Made by a program: the position numbers and the translations under genes
Source of the DNA: Candidatus Latescibacterota bacterium
Lineage (GTDB): Bacteria > Latescibacterota > UBA2968 > UBA8231
Length of the DNA: 64,000 nt
Reading direction: 5' to 3'
Assembly (NCBI GenBank): GCA_007136405.1
Contig: SLHA01000007.1
Span: forward strand, 1 to 64,000
Part shown: piece by piece, positions 1-9,426 of the stretch
Numbering within the stretch: the stretch's first letter is position 1
Layout of the letters: the number at the start of each line of letters is the position of its first letter
Notes under the pieces: model-generated
What the model was told of the DNA's origin: nothing
What the model saw: the letters and a program-made list of their open reading frames with translations, nothing else
The model's database searches: none

Positions 1-1
1 C

Positions 2-619
2 TGGAGCACGCAGTACGGGCTGGCCTTCGGTCAAACCAAGCTAGGGGACGGGGCGGTGCGCAAGACGGACGATCGCATCGATCTGGCCTCCACCATGACC
101 TACGTCATGGGAGTGTACGTCAATCCGTATGTCGGGGTTACATTGAACTCCCAGTTCGCGACGGGGTACAAGTATACGGATACCGACAAAGTCGCGGTGT
201 CCCGGTTCTTCGATCCAGCCTATCTGACGCAGACTGTGGGTCTGGGGTACCAACCTATGAGACAACTGAAAACGCGGGCTGGGCTGGGCCTGCGACAGAT
301 CGTCACTCGTCGATACCGAAGCTACGCCGGTGGTGACGAAGACGGTAACCGGGTCAAGGTGGATGCCGGTCTGGAGTCCGTCACGGAGGCCCGATGGCGT
401 CTTGCCGACAATGTTCTGCTGACTTCGCGGCTGCAGATCTTCGTACCGGTGACCGATGTGGACAGATCGTCCGTCCGCAACGACACCAACATCAACCTCG
501 AGGTATCGAGGTATGTCAGTACCAACCTGAGTCTGCAGATCGTGGACGACTCCTCGGCACATCCCGATACCCAGATCAAGCAGGTTCTGGCGGTCGGCCT
601 GTCGTACCGGTTCATGTGA
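2..619 (+). CDS. Outer-membrane beta-barrel protein, C-terminal part. The 5' end is truncated by the window edge.
   Basis: The reading frame is open from the window start. The translation shows alternating hydrophobic beta-strand character (YVMGVYVNPYVGVTL, LAVGLSYRF) and ends in an aromatic residue plus Met, typical of the OMP beta-signal. The track ORF 56..619 begins at an internal GTG. Confidence 0.5.
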   Translation, partial: WSTQYGLAFGQTKLGDGAVRKTDDRIDLASTMTYVMGVYVNPYVGVTLNSQFATGYKYTDTDKVAVSRFFDPAYLTQTVGLGYQPMRQLKTRAGLGLRQIVTRRYRSYAGGDEDGNRVKVDAGLESVTEARWRLADNVLLTSRLQIFVPVTDVDRSSVRNDTNINLEVSRYVSTNLSLQIVDDSSAHPDTQIKQVLAVGLSYRFM

Positions 620-656
620 GTGCAGCAGGTGTTGGGCAGACTCTAAGGGCCTTCGG

Positions 657-820
657 TGAGCGCAACGGGCGTTGGGCAAGCGGCATGACCATTGAGCCGG
701 CGCAACACGCGTCAAGCCAGTGCAATGGGCCTTCAGCCAGCGCCACAGGTGTGCGGACAAGCGCCACAGGTGTGCGGGCGAGCGCAACGGGCGTTGGGCC
801 GGCGCTACGGGCGTTCGGGC
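657..820. repeat. Array of five ~21-bp direct repeats (AGCGCNACRGGYGTKYGGNC), four contiguous at 738-820 and one at 657-677, immediately upstream of the sigma70 promoter
   Basis: Read directly: gagcgcaacgggcgttgggc / cagcgccacaggtgtgcggac / aagcgccacaggtgtgcgggc / gagcgcaacgggcgttgggcc / ggcgctacgggcgttcgggct. Confidence 0.7.
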
Positions 821-946
821 TGATACGGCAAGCGCGATCATGCCAGGCCGGCTTTGTTTTCCAGGCACCATGTCAGCCCACCGGCGCCCGGCGCGTGGCC
901 GGGGACGGACGCCGGCACCACGCGGCACGCGCCTGGCTGGAATCGC

Positions 947-976
947 TTGACATAGCGCCGTCCGGGAGGATATAAT
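947..976 (+). promoter_or_regulatory. Consensus sigma70-type promoter (TTGACA-N18-TATAAT) for the CBM9-like lipoprotein gene
   Basis: Exact TTGACA at 947-952 and exact TATAAT at 971-976, with an 18-nt spacer. GGAGG RBS at 997-1001 and ATG at 1008. Confidence 0.55.
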
Positions 977-1007
977 GAGCGGCACACCCACATCCGCGGA
1001 GGTCTCC

Positions 1008-1817
1008 ATGCGAACGCTACTGGCTCTGAGTTTGTTGTTTTTCGGCATCAACGGCTGCGCCATGGCTCCACGCGTGCCGGGGGGCAGCCCCCAGATGGTT
1101 TCATCGCGAGTCCAGGATCCGCCTGCCGAGGTACCTTCCTATGTCATCCCGCGCCGCGAAGGCCCGGTGGTGATCGATGGTCTGGCCGACGATGAAGCCT
1201 GGGCCGCAGCGGAACCCATTCATTTCATCTTCCCATGGGATGACGTCAGTCAGGCGAACGCACAGACCACGGTAGCCCGCATGCTGTACGATGACGACGC
1301 CCTGTACATCATCTACGATTGTGTGGATCCATACCTTCATTCCGAGGTCACCGAACGCGACGGACCGGTATACAACGAGGATGCGGTCGAGATCTTCGTA
1401 GCCCCGAATGCGGATGACATCAGCACCTACTTCGGGTTCGAGATGAACATCCTGGGCACCTTGCTCGACTATGTCGCGTACGACGGCGGCGTGGAGCGCA
1501 CGCCATCCGAGTCCATCCGCTTCCAGTGGCGCAGCGAAGGCGTGGACATCGCCACTACCTACGAGGGCACGTTGAACGATCACAGTGATATCGACGAAGG
1601 CTGGGTACTGGAAATCAGGATACCATTCGACAACTTCAGACACTACGGCGCGCGCATCCCGCCCCAGCCTGGCGACATGTGGCGCTTGAATCTGAATCGC
1701 ACGGCGGGATACAAGGGGCAGTTCAGCTTGTGGTCGGACACCCATGCACCGAGACCGTCGTTCCATCACTCGGCCCTGTTCGGCAAGGCGTATTTTTCCC
1801 ATCGGCCGGCGGATTGA
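1008..1817 (+). CDS. CBM9-like / DOMON-like carbohydrate-binding family protein, lipoprotein
   Basis: Lipobox signal MRTLLALSLLFFGINGCA. Start at the ATG 6 nt after a GGAGG RBS. The upstream in-frame ATG at 975 overlaps the -10 box, so 1008 was chosen. Domain-wide resemblance to the carbohydrate-binding family 9-like fold (WRLNLNR, GYKGQFSLWS). Confidence 0.6.
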   Translation: MRTLLALSLLFFGINGCAMAPRVPGGSPQMVSSRVQDPPAEVPSYVIPRREGPVVIDGLADDEAWAAAEPIHFIFPWDDVSQANAQTTVARMLYDDDALYIIYDCVDPYLHSEVTERDGPVYNEDAVEIFVAPNADDISTYFGFEMNILGTLLDYVAYDGGVERTPSESIRFQWRSEGVDIATTYEGTLNDHSDIDEGWVLEIRIPFDNFRHYGARIPPQPGDMWRLNLNRTAGYKGQFSLWSDTHAPRPSFHHSALFGKAYFSHRPAD

Positions 1818-1932
1818 CCGGGCCCAGCCTCTATTAACGGACCATGCGGCCGTCGCCCGCAATGGGATAAATCGCAAACTAGGTTACGCCCAGCAGGGGA
1901 CATTGCCACAGGAAAGGAAGGTCGACGACACG

Positions 1933-3978
1933 ATGCGTCTGCGTAAAGACGAACTGGTGGCGCTTGGTGTGGACAGCCGGAGGGCTGACCAGATCATGCG
2001 GCAATGGACCCTTGGTGAAGCCGGTTCACCAACCGAGTTGTGGCGGTATCTGGTGGCTCACGTGCTGCGGCCCGAACTCCCGTTCCCGGTGCACAGGTTG
2101 TTGTTCGAACGCACGTATGCTGACTGGAACCCGGTAGACGGTCCCCCGCCCGCCTGGTTTCCGGCTCCCGACACGGTCCGCAGCACGAATCTGTTTCAGC
2201 TGATGCAGGATATGCACCAGGATTCGTTTGCCGACCTCCATGCATGGTCGGTGACGCACCGCGACCGTTTCTGGGACGAGATGATCCGCCGGCTGGGGAT
2301 ACGGTTCATGGATCCCTACCAGGCCATCCGTTCCAACAGCAACCCCGAGCAACCGGACTGGCTTCCAGGTGCCCGATTGAACATCGTGGACAGCTGTTTC
2401 AGCGCCGCTCCGGACGCCGTGGCCATGGTCCGCCAGGATCTCGATGGCACGCTGCACGATGTCACCTACGCGCAGCTGCAGACTCTGACCGACCAGGTAG
2501 CCCATGGGGTGGTCAGCATGGGGCTGCAGCCGGGCGACGCGGTGGGCGTGGACCTGCCCATGAGCCTGGAGGCCGTAGCCATCTACCTGGGCATCATCAA
2601 GGCGGGCTGCGTCACCGTGGCGGTCGCCGACAGCCTGGCGCCAGCGGAAATCCACACCCGCCTGGAACTCGGCCGGGCGCAGGCCGTGTTCACCCAGGAC
2701 TACCTGGCCCGCGGCGCCCGTCGCATGCCCCTGTACGAGAAGGTGGTGCAAGCCGGCGCGCCGCGCTCCGTAGTGCTGGCCTGCGACGACGCGCTGGCGC
2801 TGGATCTGCGTCCGGGCGACCTGGGCTGGGACGAGTTCCTGGGTCCGGATCGGCCCTTTGTCACCGTGCCGCGCGCTCCCGGTGACACGCTGAGTCTGCT
2901 GTTCTCCTCCGGCACTACAGGAACCCCCAAGGCCATCCCGTGGACCCAGACCACCCCGCTGCGCTGCGCCGCCGACGCCTGGCTGCACCACGATATCCAG
3001 CCCGCAGAGCGCATCGCGTGGCCCAGCAGTCTCGGCTGGATGATGGGTCCCTGGTTGATCTTCGCCAGCCTGATCAACCGTGCCACCATGGCGTTGAGCT
3101 GCCATCCCCCCAACGGCCGGGGCTTCGGTCGCTTCGTCCAGGATGCCCGGGTCAACATACTCGGACTGGTACCGAGCCTGGTCCGCATCTGGCGCAATTC
3201 CGGCTGCATGGCCGGTCTGGACTGGAGTGCGGTCAAGGCCTTCAGCAGCACCGGGGAATGCTCCAATCCTACCGACATGCTGTTTCTGATGAGCCTTGCA
3301 GGCTATAAACCGATCGTCGAATATTGCGGAGGAACGGAGATCGGCGGCGCCTACATCACCGGCACGCTGGTGCAACCGGCCTCGCCAGGCACCTTCAGCA
3401 CGCCCGCCCTGGGACTGGACATTCGCATCCTGGACGACGCCGGACGAGCCGCCACCCGCGGCGAGGTGTTCATCGTGCCGCCGTCCATCGGCCTGTCCAA
3501 TGACCTGGTGGGCGCGGATCATCACCAGGTGTACTATGCCGATGTGCCGTCCACGCCGGACGGAACGTTGTTGCGCCGGCATGGGGACGAGATGGAGATC
3601 CTTGGAGCCGGGTACTACCGGGCCCATGGCAGGGTTGACGACACGATGAACCTGCACGGAATCAAGGTGAGTGCGGCCGAGATCGAGCGCGTGGTGGCCA
3701 CCGTGGAAGGCATTCACGATGCCGCCGCGGTGTCGGTCCCCACGGCCGGCGGCGGTCCGGAGGATCTGGTCGTGTTCGTCACGCTGGATTCGGATGGTGT
3801 GCCGGGTGAGCGCGAGCTCAAAAGCGCGGTACAGCGTGCCGTGCGCTCAGAGCTCAGCGCCACGTTCCGCGTGGCTGACGTGCGTGTGGTGCAGGCGCTG
3901 CCGCGCACGGCAAGCAACAAGATCATGCGTCGCTCGCTGCGCGACACCTGCATGGGCCGGGAGGTGCAACGGCCGTGA
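1933..3978 (+). CDS. AMP-forming acyl-CoA synthetase, acetyl-CoA / acetoacetyl-CoA synthetase family
   Basis: AMP-binding motif SSGTTGTPKAI. N-terminal ACS-family pattern DLHAWSVTHRDRFW. Start chosen at MRLRKDEL after a GGAAAGGAAGG RBS. The track ORF 1744.. begins upstream and overlaps the preceding gene. Confidence 0.8.
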   Translation: MRLRKDELVALGVDSRRADQIMRQWTLGEAGSPTELWRYLVAHVLRPELPFPVHRLLFERTYADWNPVDGPPPAWFPAPDTVRSTNLFQLMQDMHQDSFADLHAWSVTHRDRFWDEMIRRLGIRFMDPYQAIRSNSNPEQPDWLPGARLNIVDSCFSAAPDAVAMVRQDLDGTLHDVTYAQLQTLTDQVAHGVVSMGLQPGDAVGVDLPMSLEAVAIYLGIIKAGCVTVAVADSLAPAEIHTRLELGRAQAVFTQDYLARGARRMPLYEKVVQAGAPRSVVLACDDALALDLRPGDLGWDEFLGPDRPFVTVPRAPGDTLSLLFSSGTTGTPKAIPWTQTTPLRCAADAWLHHDIQPAERIAWPSSLGWMMGPWLIFASLINRATMALSCHPPNGRGFGRFVQDARVNILGLVPSLVRIWRNSGCMAGLDWSAVKAFSSTGECSNPTDMLFLMSLAGYKPIVEYCGGTEIGGAYITGTLVQPASPGTFSTPALGLDIRILDDAGRAATRGEVFIVPPSIGLSNDLVGADHHQVYYADVPSTPDGTLLRRHGDEMEILGAGYYRAHGRVDDTMNLHGIKVSAAEIERVVATVEGIHDAAAVSVPTAGGGPEDLVVFVTLDSDGVPGERELKSAVQRAVRSELSATFRVADVRVVQALPRTASNKIMRRSLRDTCMGREVQRP

Positions 3979-4041
3979 TCCGGTGCGGCCGTAAAGGGAT
4001 CCGGTGAGACCGGAAAAGAACCTCTTCCGGGGCGGCGGCCA

Positions 4042-5967
4042 TCATGCACTGCGGGCGATCGGCTGCCCGCTTCCGCTGGTCTCGTTACGATCAACGCCCG
4101 GGCGGCCGTCAACACCCGGCCGTCTATCAGCATCATACTGGTCGTGAGGGCCATACCGGTCGTCAGCGCCCGGCCTGCTGTCAGCACCCGGCCGGTCGTC
4201 AGCACGCGACCGGTCGTCAGCGCCATACTGGAGTTGGTGCAGCCGGTAATATACCCCCTGCTGTTGCAGCAGTGCCTCATGGGTACCGGATTCGCGCACC
4301 TTGCCCCGGTGCAGCACGAGGATGCGATCGGCGCTGCGTATGGTGGACAAACGATGCGCGATGACGATGGACGTGCGACCTCGCATCAGCCGCGCGACTG
4401 CCTCCTGGATCCACGTCTCGGTCTCCGTGTCCACGCTGGCCGTGGCTTCATCGAGCACCAATATCTGGGGATCACTGGCCAGCGCCCGGGCGAATGCCAG
4501 CAACTGTCGCTGGCCCGCGGACAGCGATGAACCGCGTTCACCGATGACGTGGAGGTAGCCGTCCGGCAGACGCCGGATAAAGCGATCCGCGTTGACGTCC
4601 ACGGCGGCTTGTTCGAGCTGGTGGCGGGAAACGTCGGGGCCGTGAAGCGCAATGTTACGCTCGATCGTTCCGGAAAACAGCAACACATCCTGATGCACCA
4701 CGCCGATACGGCGTCGCAGTTCGCGGGCGTCCCATTGACGGACGTCGATGCCGTCCACGAGTATGGACCCGCGCTGGATCGAATAGAAGCGGCAAAGCAG
4801 GGCGATGATGGTGCTCTTGCCCGAACCCGTGGCTCCGACGATCGCCAGGCTCTGACCCGGTTCGGCCCGGAACGACACATCCCGCAGCACCCACTCTTCA
4901 CCCTCGTAGGCGAACCACACATGGCGGAATTCGATCTCACCACGCAGGCTGCCGTCAGGCGCGATGCCGGACACCGGTTCCGCAGGGGTATCCAGGATCT
5001 CGAACAGTCTCTCCGATGACGCCATGGCCACCTGCAACGTGGCGTAGCGCTCGGCGATATCGCGGATAGGCATGAAGAACCGGGGCACGTACTGCAGCAT
5101 GGCTACCAGTACACCCCACTGCATGGTGTCCCGCAATACCTGTCCGGTTGCGTACCAGAGGACGAGAGCCAGCAGCAGCGAACCGCTCAATTCCATGAAC
5201 GGGAAATAGGCCGAATGGTACAGGGTACTGGTGAGCCGGGCCTGCAGGTAACTGTCGTTGCCCGCGTCGAACTGGCGCTGCGCCCGTTCCTCGGCGCCGA
5301 ACAGCTGCACGACCTCGATGCCGGAGATTGTCTCCTGGAGGGAAGCGGTGAAGGTGGCAAAACGGGTTCGCGCCCCCCGGAAGGCCTGGAAAGTGCGGCG
5401 CTGCAACCACACCGTGGCGATCGCCACCAAGGGCAGGACGGCGGCGGTCAGCAGTCCCAGCTTCACGTCCATGAACAGGATGAACCCCAGAATGGTGCAG
5501 ATGGTGAACAGATCCGAACACAGCGACACCATGCCGTCCGTGAACAATTCGTTGAGTGCATCCACGTCACTGGTGTTGCGCGCCATGAGCCGGCCCAGCG
5601 GCGTCCTGTCGAAGTACCGCACCGGGAGGCGCTGCAAATGCCGGAAAACCTGCAGCCGGACATCCCGCATAGCCCACTGCCCGACCATCTGCGTGGACCA
5701 ACTGCGTCCATATTGCAGTATGAACTGGCCGACCAGAAGGCCGATGTACAGCATGATCAGCCGCCCCAGCCCGGCAGCGTCACCCACGACGATGTACTCG
5801 TCCACTGCCACCTTGGTCAGGTATGGTCCTGCCTGGCTGACGATGGCAGCCATGATGATGAATCCGAAGGTCAGTACGACCCAGCGCGCATACGGACGCA
5901 GATACGCCAGTAACCGGCCCAGCAGCCGCGGATCCAGACTGCGCGTGGTGATCTCCGGCTCGTTCAC
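4042..5967 (-). CDS. ABC transporter, fused permease/ATP-binding subunit (exporter type, MsbA-like), with a C-terminal low-complexity repeat tail
   Basis: Six-TM N-terminal region. Walker A GATGSGKST, ABC signature LSAGQRQLLAFARAL, Walker B ILVLDEATASVD. The last ~60 aa are (A/G)D(D/S)RPG repeats. Confidence 0.85.
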   Translation of the reverse strand: MNEPEITTRSLDPRLLGRLLAYLRPYARWVVLTFGFIIMAAIVSQAGPYLTKVAVDEYIVVGDAAGLGRLIMLYIGLLVGQFILQYGRSWSTQMVGQWAMRDVRLQVFRHLQRLPVRYFDRTPLGRLMARNTSDVDALNELFTDGMVSLCSDLFTICTILGFILFMDVKLGLLTAAVLPLVAIATVWLQRRTFQAFRGARTRFATFTASLQETISGIEVVQLFGAEERAQRQFDAGNDSYLQARLTSTLYHSAYFPFMELSGSLLLALVLWYATGQVLRDTMQWGVLVAMLQYVPRFFMPIRDIAERYATLQVAMASSERLFEILDTPAEPVSGIAPDGSLRGEIEFRHVWFAYEGEEWVLRDVSFRAEPGQSLAIVGATGSGKSTIIALLCRFYSIQRGSILVDGIDVRQWDARELRRRIGVVHQDVLLFSGTIERNIALHGPDVSRHQLEQAAVDVNADRFIRRLPDGYLHVIGERGSSLSAGQRQLLAFARALASDPQILVLDEATASVDTETETWIQEAVARLMRGRTSIVIAHRLSTIRSADRILVLHRGKVRESGTHEALLQQQGVYYRLHQLQYGADDRSRADDRPGADSRPGADDRYGPHDQYDADRRPGVDGRPGVDRNETSGSGQPIARSA

Positions 5968-7745
5968 AGTTCAGTCAACTCCTGCGCCAGATCCTGGCGC
6001 CGGAACATGTCGGCATAGATCCCGTTCCGGGCCAGTAGCTCTTCATGGGTACCAAGCTCCGCGATGCGGCCGTCCTCGAGCACGGCGATGGCGTCTGCAT
6101 GGCGCACCGTGGACAGCCGGTGGGCGATGATGATGGTGGTTCGTTCGGCCATGATGGTGCGCAGGCGGCGCAGAATCTCTTCCTCGGTATGCGTGTCGAC
6201 GCTGGCCAAAGCGTCGTCCAGAATGAGAATCGCGGGACCGCGGATGAGCGCCCGGGCCAGGGCGGCGCGTTGTTTCTGGCCGCCCGACAGGGTGACACCG
6301 CGTTCGCCTATGAGGGTATCCAGACCGGCGGGAAAGGTGGCCAGTTCCTCCGTGAGCTGAGCGGTGTCCACAGCTCGTTCCACTTCATCCGGGTGGGCGC
6401 CGCCGCCATCCGCCTGGCCCAACCGGATGTTGGCACGTAGCGTATCCGAGAACAGAAAACTGTCCTGCGGCACATAACCGATGGACTGGCGCAGCTGGAC
6501 CAGCGGCAGGTCCTTGACGGGTCTGCCGTCCACCAGCACCGTGCCGGTGTCTGCCTCGATCAAACGGGGCACGAGTCGGGCCAGTGTCGATTTTCCCGCC
6601 CCCACCCGCCCGACCAGCGCCAGAGTACTGCCGGCGGGTACGTGCAGGGAGATATCCTGCAGCACGCGCTGCCCGTTGTAGGCGAAGCCGGCCTGACGGA
6701 ACTCGATCTCGCCCTGCAACCGGGGAACCGATGTGTCGCTGCCGGTATCCTGGGGCGGCTCGCGCAGAACCGCCTGTATGCGACGCAACGAGGCCAAGGC
6801 CCGCTGGTATTCATCCACCATGCGTCCGAGCAGCATCATGGGACGGCCCAGGCGAATGAGATACGCGTTGAACGCCACGAAGGCTCCCAGGGTCAACGCC
6901 CCCTGCATCACCCGCAGGCCGCCAAGCCAGAGAATGACGATCATCGAGATGCCGTTGAGCAGAAAGGTGAAGGGAAAGAACAGGCTGCGGATATTGACCA
7001 GGCGCCGGTTGCGAGCGACGAAATCGTCGTTGAGTTGCCCGAACTCGGCGAACTCCTGCTCTTCCCGGGCATACGCCTTGATCACGCGTATGCCGGACAG
7101 ACTCTCCTGTATTTTGGCGCTCATGGCGGCAAATTGCTCCTGCACCTGCCGAAAACCACGTCGCACCCTGCCCGAGACCCAGCGGGTAGTCAGAGCCATC
7201 AGCGGCATGGGAGCCAGCGCATACAAGGCCAGCTGCCAGTCGATGGTGCACATCAGTCCCAGACTGAGAACGAAGGCCAGTATACCGGTAAGCGTCATGC
7301 GAAAAGCATGGTGCATAAACCTCTGTATGGCTTCCACGTCATTGGTGGCTCGGGCCATGAGGTCTCCGACGCGCCGGCTCTGGAAATAGCTGCTGGGCAG
7401 CTGCAGCAGGTGGCGCACGTAGGCACGCCGTATATCCCTTTCCACATAACGCGAAACGCTGGTAAAGAACCAGCGCATACCCATATTGCCGCCCCATTGG
7501 ACCAGGGCCAGGACGCCGATGAAACCGGCTGTCAGAGCCACCTCCTGCTCCACCGAGCCGGTGATCAGATCCGCGGTGCAGTCCGCGTCCATGGCACAGC
7601 GAACCGTGTCGATGACGGTCTTCAGAATCAGCGGCATGACCGTGGTGATGGTCTGTCCGAGCAACAACAGGAGCAATCCGGCAGTCAGCTTGCCGCGATA
7701 GGGATGCACATATTCGGCAAAGGGTCGGTAAGGATTCAGGGACAT
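5964..7745 (-). CDS. ABC transporter, fused permease/ATP-binding subunit, partner of 4042-5967 (heterodimeric exporter)
   Basis: Walker A GRVGAGKST, signature LSGGQKQRAALARAL, Walker B ILILDDALASVD. Its stop overlaps the start of the downstream ABC gene by 4 nt. Confidence 0.85.
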   Translation of the reverse strand: MSLNPYRPFAEYVHPYRGKLTAGLLLLLLGQTITTVMPLILKTVIDTVRCAMDADCTADLITGSVEQEVALTAGFIGVLALVQWGGNMGMRWFFTSVSRYVERDIRRAYVRHLLQLPSSYFQSRRVGDLMARATNDVEAIQRFMHHAFRMTLTGILAFVLSLGLMCTIDWQLALYALAPMPLMALTTRWVSGRVRRGFRQVQEQFAAMSAKIQESLSGIRVIKAYAREEQEFAEFGQLNDDFVARNRRLVNIRSLFFPFTFLLNGISMIVILWLGGLRVMQGALTLGAFVAFNAYLIRLGRPMMLLGRMVDEYQRALASLRRIQAVLREPPQDTGSDTSVPRLQGEIEFRQAGFAYNGQRVLQDISLHVPAGSTLALVGRVGAGKSTLARLVPRLIEADTGTVLVDGRPVKDLPLVQLRQSIGYVPQDSFLFSDTLRANIRLGQADGGGAHPDEVERAVDTAQLTEELATFPAGLDTLIGERGVTLSGGQKQRAALARALIRGPAILILDDALASVDTHTEEEILRRLRTIMAERTTIIIAHRLSTVRHADAIAVLEDGRIAELGTHEELLARNGIYADMFRRQDLAQELTEL

Positions 7746-7946
7746 GGCGATATACAGGCAGGGCTCCGCCGCCTCGGCTCACCGCAGTAGGGAAGATCCA
7801 TTCGATGCACAAAATAGACTGACCGGTCAGTTCACGCAAGAGGCACGAGAGATAGCCCACGACCCATTCCCGCACCGCCCGGCACGCGCACAACTGCGGC
7901 CTGTCATCCAGGAGAGACGAAGGTCGGGAAGAGCCTGGAAGGGATC

Positions 7947-7988
7947 GGGGGCTGCCTGCCCGTTCGAAGTGCGTGCAGGCAGCCCCGG
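7947..7988. terminator. 12-bp GC hairpin between the ABC exporter and the encapsulin gene. Possible bidirectional terminator.
   Basis: GGGGCTGCCTGC-ccgttcgaagtgcgt-GCAGGCAGCCCC. No T-tract on either side. Confidence 0.3.
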
Positions 7989-8105
7989 GGTAGTCTGTGG
8001 ATCCTATGGGTTAATACGCAACCGGTCCGACAGGGCCGAGGGTGTTCCCGCGCCACCGACTGCGTCCGGACGCGAAGAGCCCTCAGGCCTGCGATCCACT
8101 ACCGT

Positions 8106-8909
8106 TCAGGATTTCCAGGCGAATACTGCCGCCGCTTCCGGGGTCAGTACCTGGAAGGTGAACGATTCGGTCAGGTACAACTGCACACTCCGGGTATCGT
8201 GCGCATGGTAGCCGATGGACAGGTCCTGGCCGCAGGTGAACACGTAGTCACCGCCGCGCCGGCTGAACAGGACCCCAGCCGTCAGCGCCGGGCTCCACTT
8301 GATGTCGGCCCCCACGAGTTCGCTCACACGCCGGACCAGGGGATAACCCTTGTCATCCCCGGCCATGACCATCTTGTAGGCTTCGGTACCCAGCATCAGT
8401 TGATACGGACCATTGATTCCTCTCTGCTGCAGCGTCAGGATGCCTTCTTCCAGAGCCGGGATGAACTTGCCGGCATCTTTGGTCAGCGGTACGGATTTAC
8501 CGGCCTCCTGGCAGATGCCCTTGATCTGCGCATCGGCGAAACCGTTGTACACGGTGGTTTCCTCGAACATGGCGATCTTGCGGGCGGCAACGCCGACAGC
8601 GTCCAGTTCAGGCGCCGGCGCACCGCGGTCGACATTGTCCAGATCCCAGATATCCAGTGAGAACGGGACGCGCAGCTCGATCAGAGGCTGCACCTTGCGC
8701 ATACCCCAGTGGACGCCATCCACCAGTTCCGTTCCACCCAGCTGCATCACGCCCAGGTTGACAGCTGCCTTTTCCCATCCGCCGGGTCCGGAAAAGTCGA
8801 CGAGGCCGCGAGCCGACAGATTGCCTTTCAGGACTCGTGTTGCTTCGGCATCGATCTCCTTCCAGGCCGCTGCCGTTATGGGTGCCATCGACCGTTTGAG
8901 AATATCCAT
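8106..8909 (-). CDS. Family-1 encapsulin nanocompartment shell protein (HK97 fold, linocin-M18-like)
   Basis: The translation MDILKRSMAPITAAAWKEIDAEA...LIELRVPFSLDIWDLDNVDRG...GPYQLMLGTEAYK...GQDLSIGY...TESFTFQVL aligns along its length with the T. maritima / Brevibacterium encapsulins. Start ATG is preceded by an AAGGAAAGGAAA RBS. The track ORF extends 33 codons further upstream and is spurious there. Confidence 0.9.
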   Translation of the reverse strand: MDILKRSMAPITAAAWKEIDAEATRVLKGNLSARGLVDFSGPGGWEKAAVNLGVMQLGGTELVDGVHWGMRKVQPLIELRVPFSLDIWDLDNVDRGAPAPELDAVGVAARKIAMFEETTVYNGFADAQIKGICQEAGKSVPLTKDAGKFIPALEEGILTLQQRGINGPYQLMLGTEAYKMVMAGDDKGYPLVRRVSELVGADIKWSPALTAGVLFSRRGGDYVFTCGQDLSIGYHAHDTRSVQLYLTESFTFQVLTPEAAAVFAWKS

Positions 8910-8967
8910 TTTGCCATTTCCTTTCCTTGGTTGTCCCATGCTGAGGGTCCACGACAATGCACCGTTT

Positions 8968-9312
8968 TCAACCGAGAGTGCCGATTCCCAGCCCGCCTTC
9001 CGCGACATCGTCCTCAGTTTCGCCTTCTGCCGCCTCGATCTCGGTGATCGGCAGGTCTTTGAACAAGTAAGTTTTCAACTCCGTATCGAATTCCGGCATG
9101 TTGCGGCGCAGGTATTCCATCAGCATGCTGGCATGCTCGATCTCTTCGTCGCGATTGTGTTCAAGCAGGGCTTTGAGCTGTGCATCCTGGGTGACCTCAG
9201 CACGTTGGTTGTAGTAATCCACGGCTTGCAGTTCTTCCTGCAGGCTGATGATTGCCCGGTGGATGTCCTGGATTGTACCGGACAGCCCGGTTTCCTGGTA
9301 TCCGTCACTCAT
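8968..9312 (-). CDS. Encapsulated ferritin-like protein (EncFtn-type cargo) with C-terminal encapsulin targeting peptide
   Basis: EncFtn signature ELQAVDYYNQRAEVTQDAQLKALLEHNRDEEIEHASMLMEYLRR. C-terminal GGLGIGTLG matches the family-1 cargo-loading peptide consensus (GSLGIGSLK-like). AAGGAG RBS before ATG (MSDGYQ). It lies 58 bp upstream of the shell gene. Confidence 0.85.
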   Translation of the reverse strand: MSDGYQETGLSGTIQDIHRAIISLQEELQAVDYYNQRAEVTQDAQLKALLEHNRDEEIEHASMLMEYLRRNMPEFDTELKTYLFKDLPITEIEAAEGETEDDVAEGGLGIGTLG

Positions 9313-9426
9313 GATGGGACTCCTTTCGTGTTGTCGGAACGCGACCCGGGGTAGCCAGCCAGATTTGGGAACCAACCCGGAACCTGGAGGGTGGAATAGA
9401 CCGGCCAACCACGCGGTCTTCGGCAG

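Noticed and set aside
2026-3717. 563-aa minus-strand ORF
   Set aside because: Lies entirely antisense to the acyl-CoA synthetase gene. Arg/Gly/Ala-rich low-complexity translation typical of antisense frames in high-GC DNA.
6642-7790. 382-aa plus-strand ORF
   Set aside because: Antisense to the second ABC exporter gene. No motifs. His/Gly/Gln-rich.
7950-7975. ttcgaa-containing hairpin checked as a possible tRNA T-arm
   Set aside because: No acceptor, D or anticodon arm geometry around it. Only a simple 12-bp hairpin.
7744-8211. 155-aa plus-strand ORF between the ABC exporter and encapsulin
   Set aside because: Overlaps the encapsulin 3' end. Arg/Ser/Ala-rich. Contains the hairpin at 7947-7988. 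No RBS.
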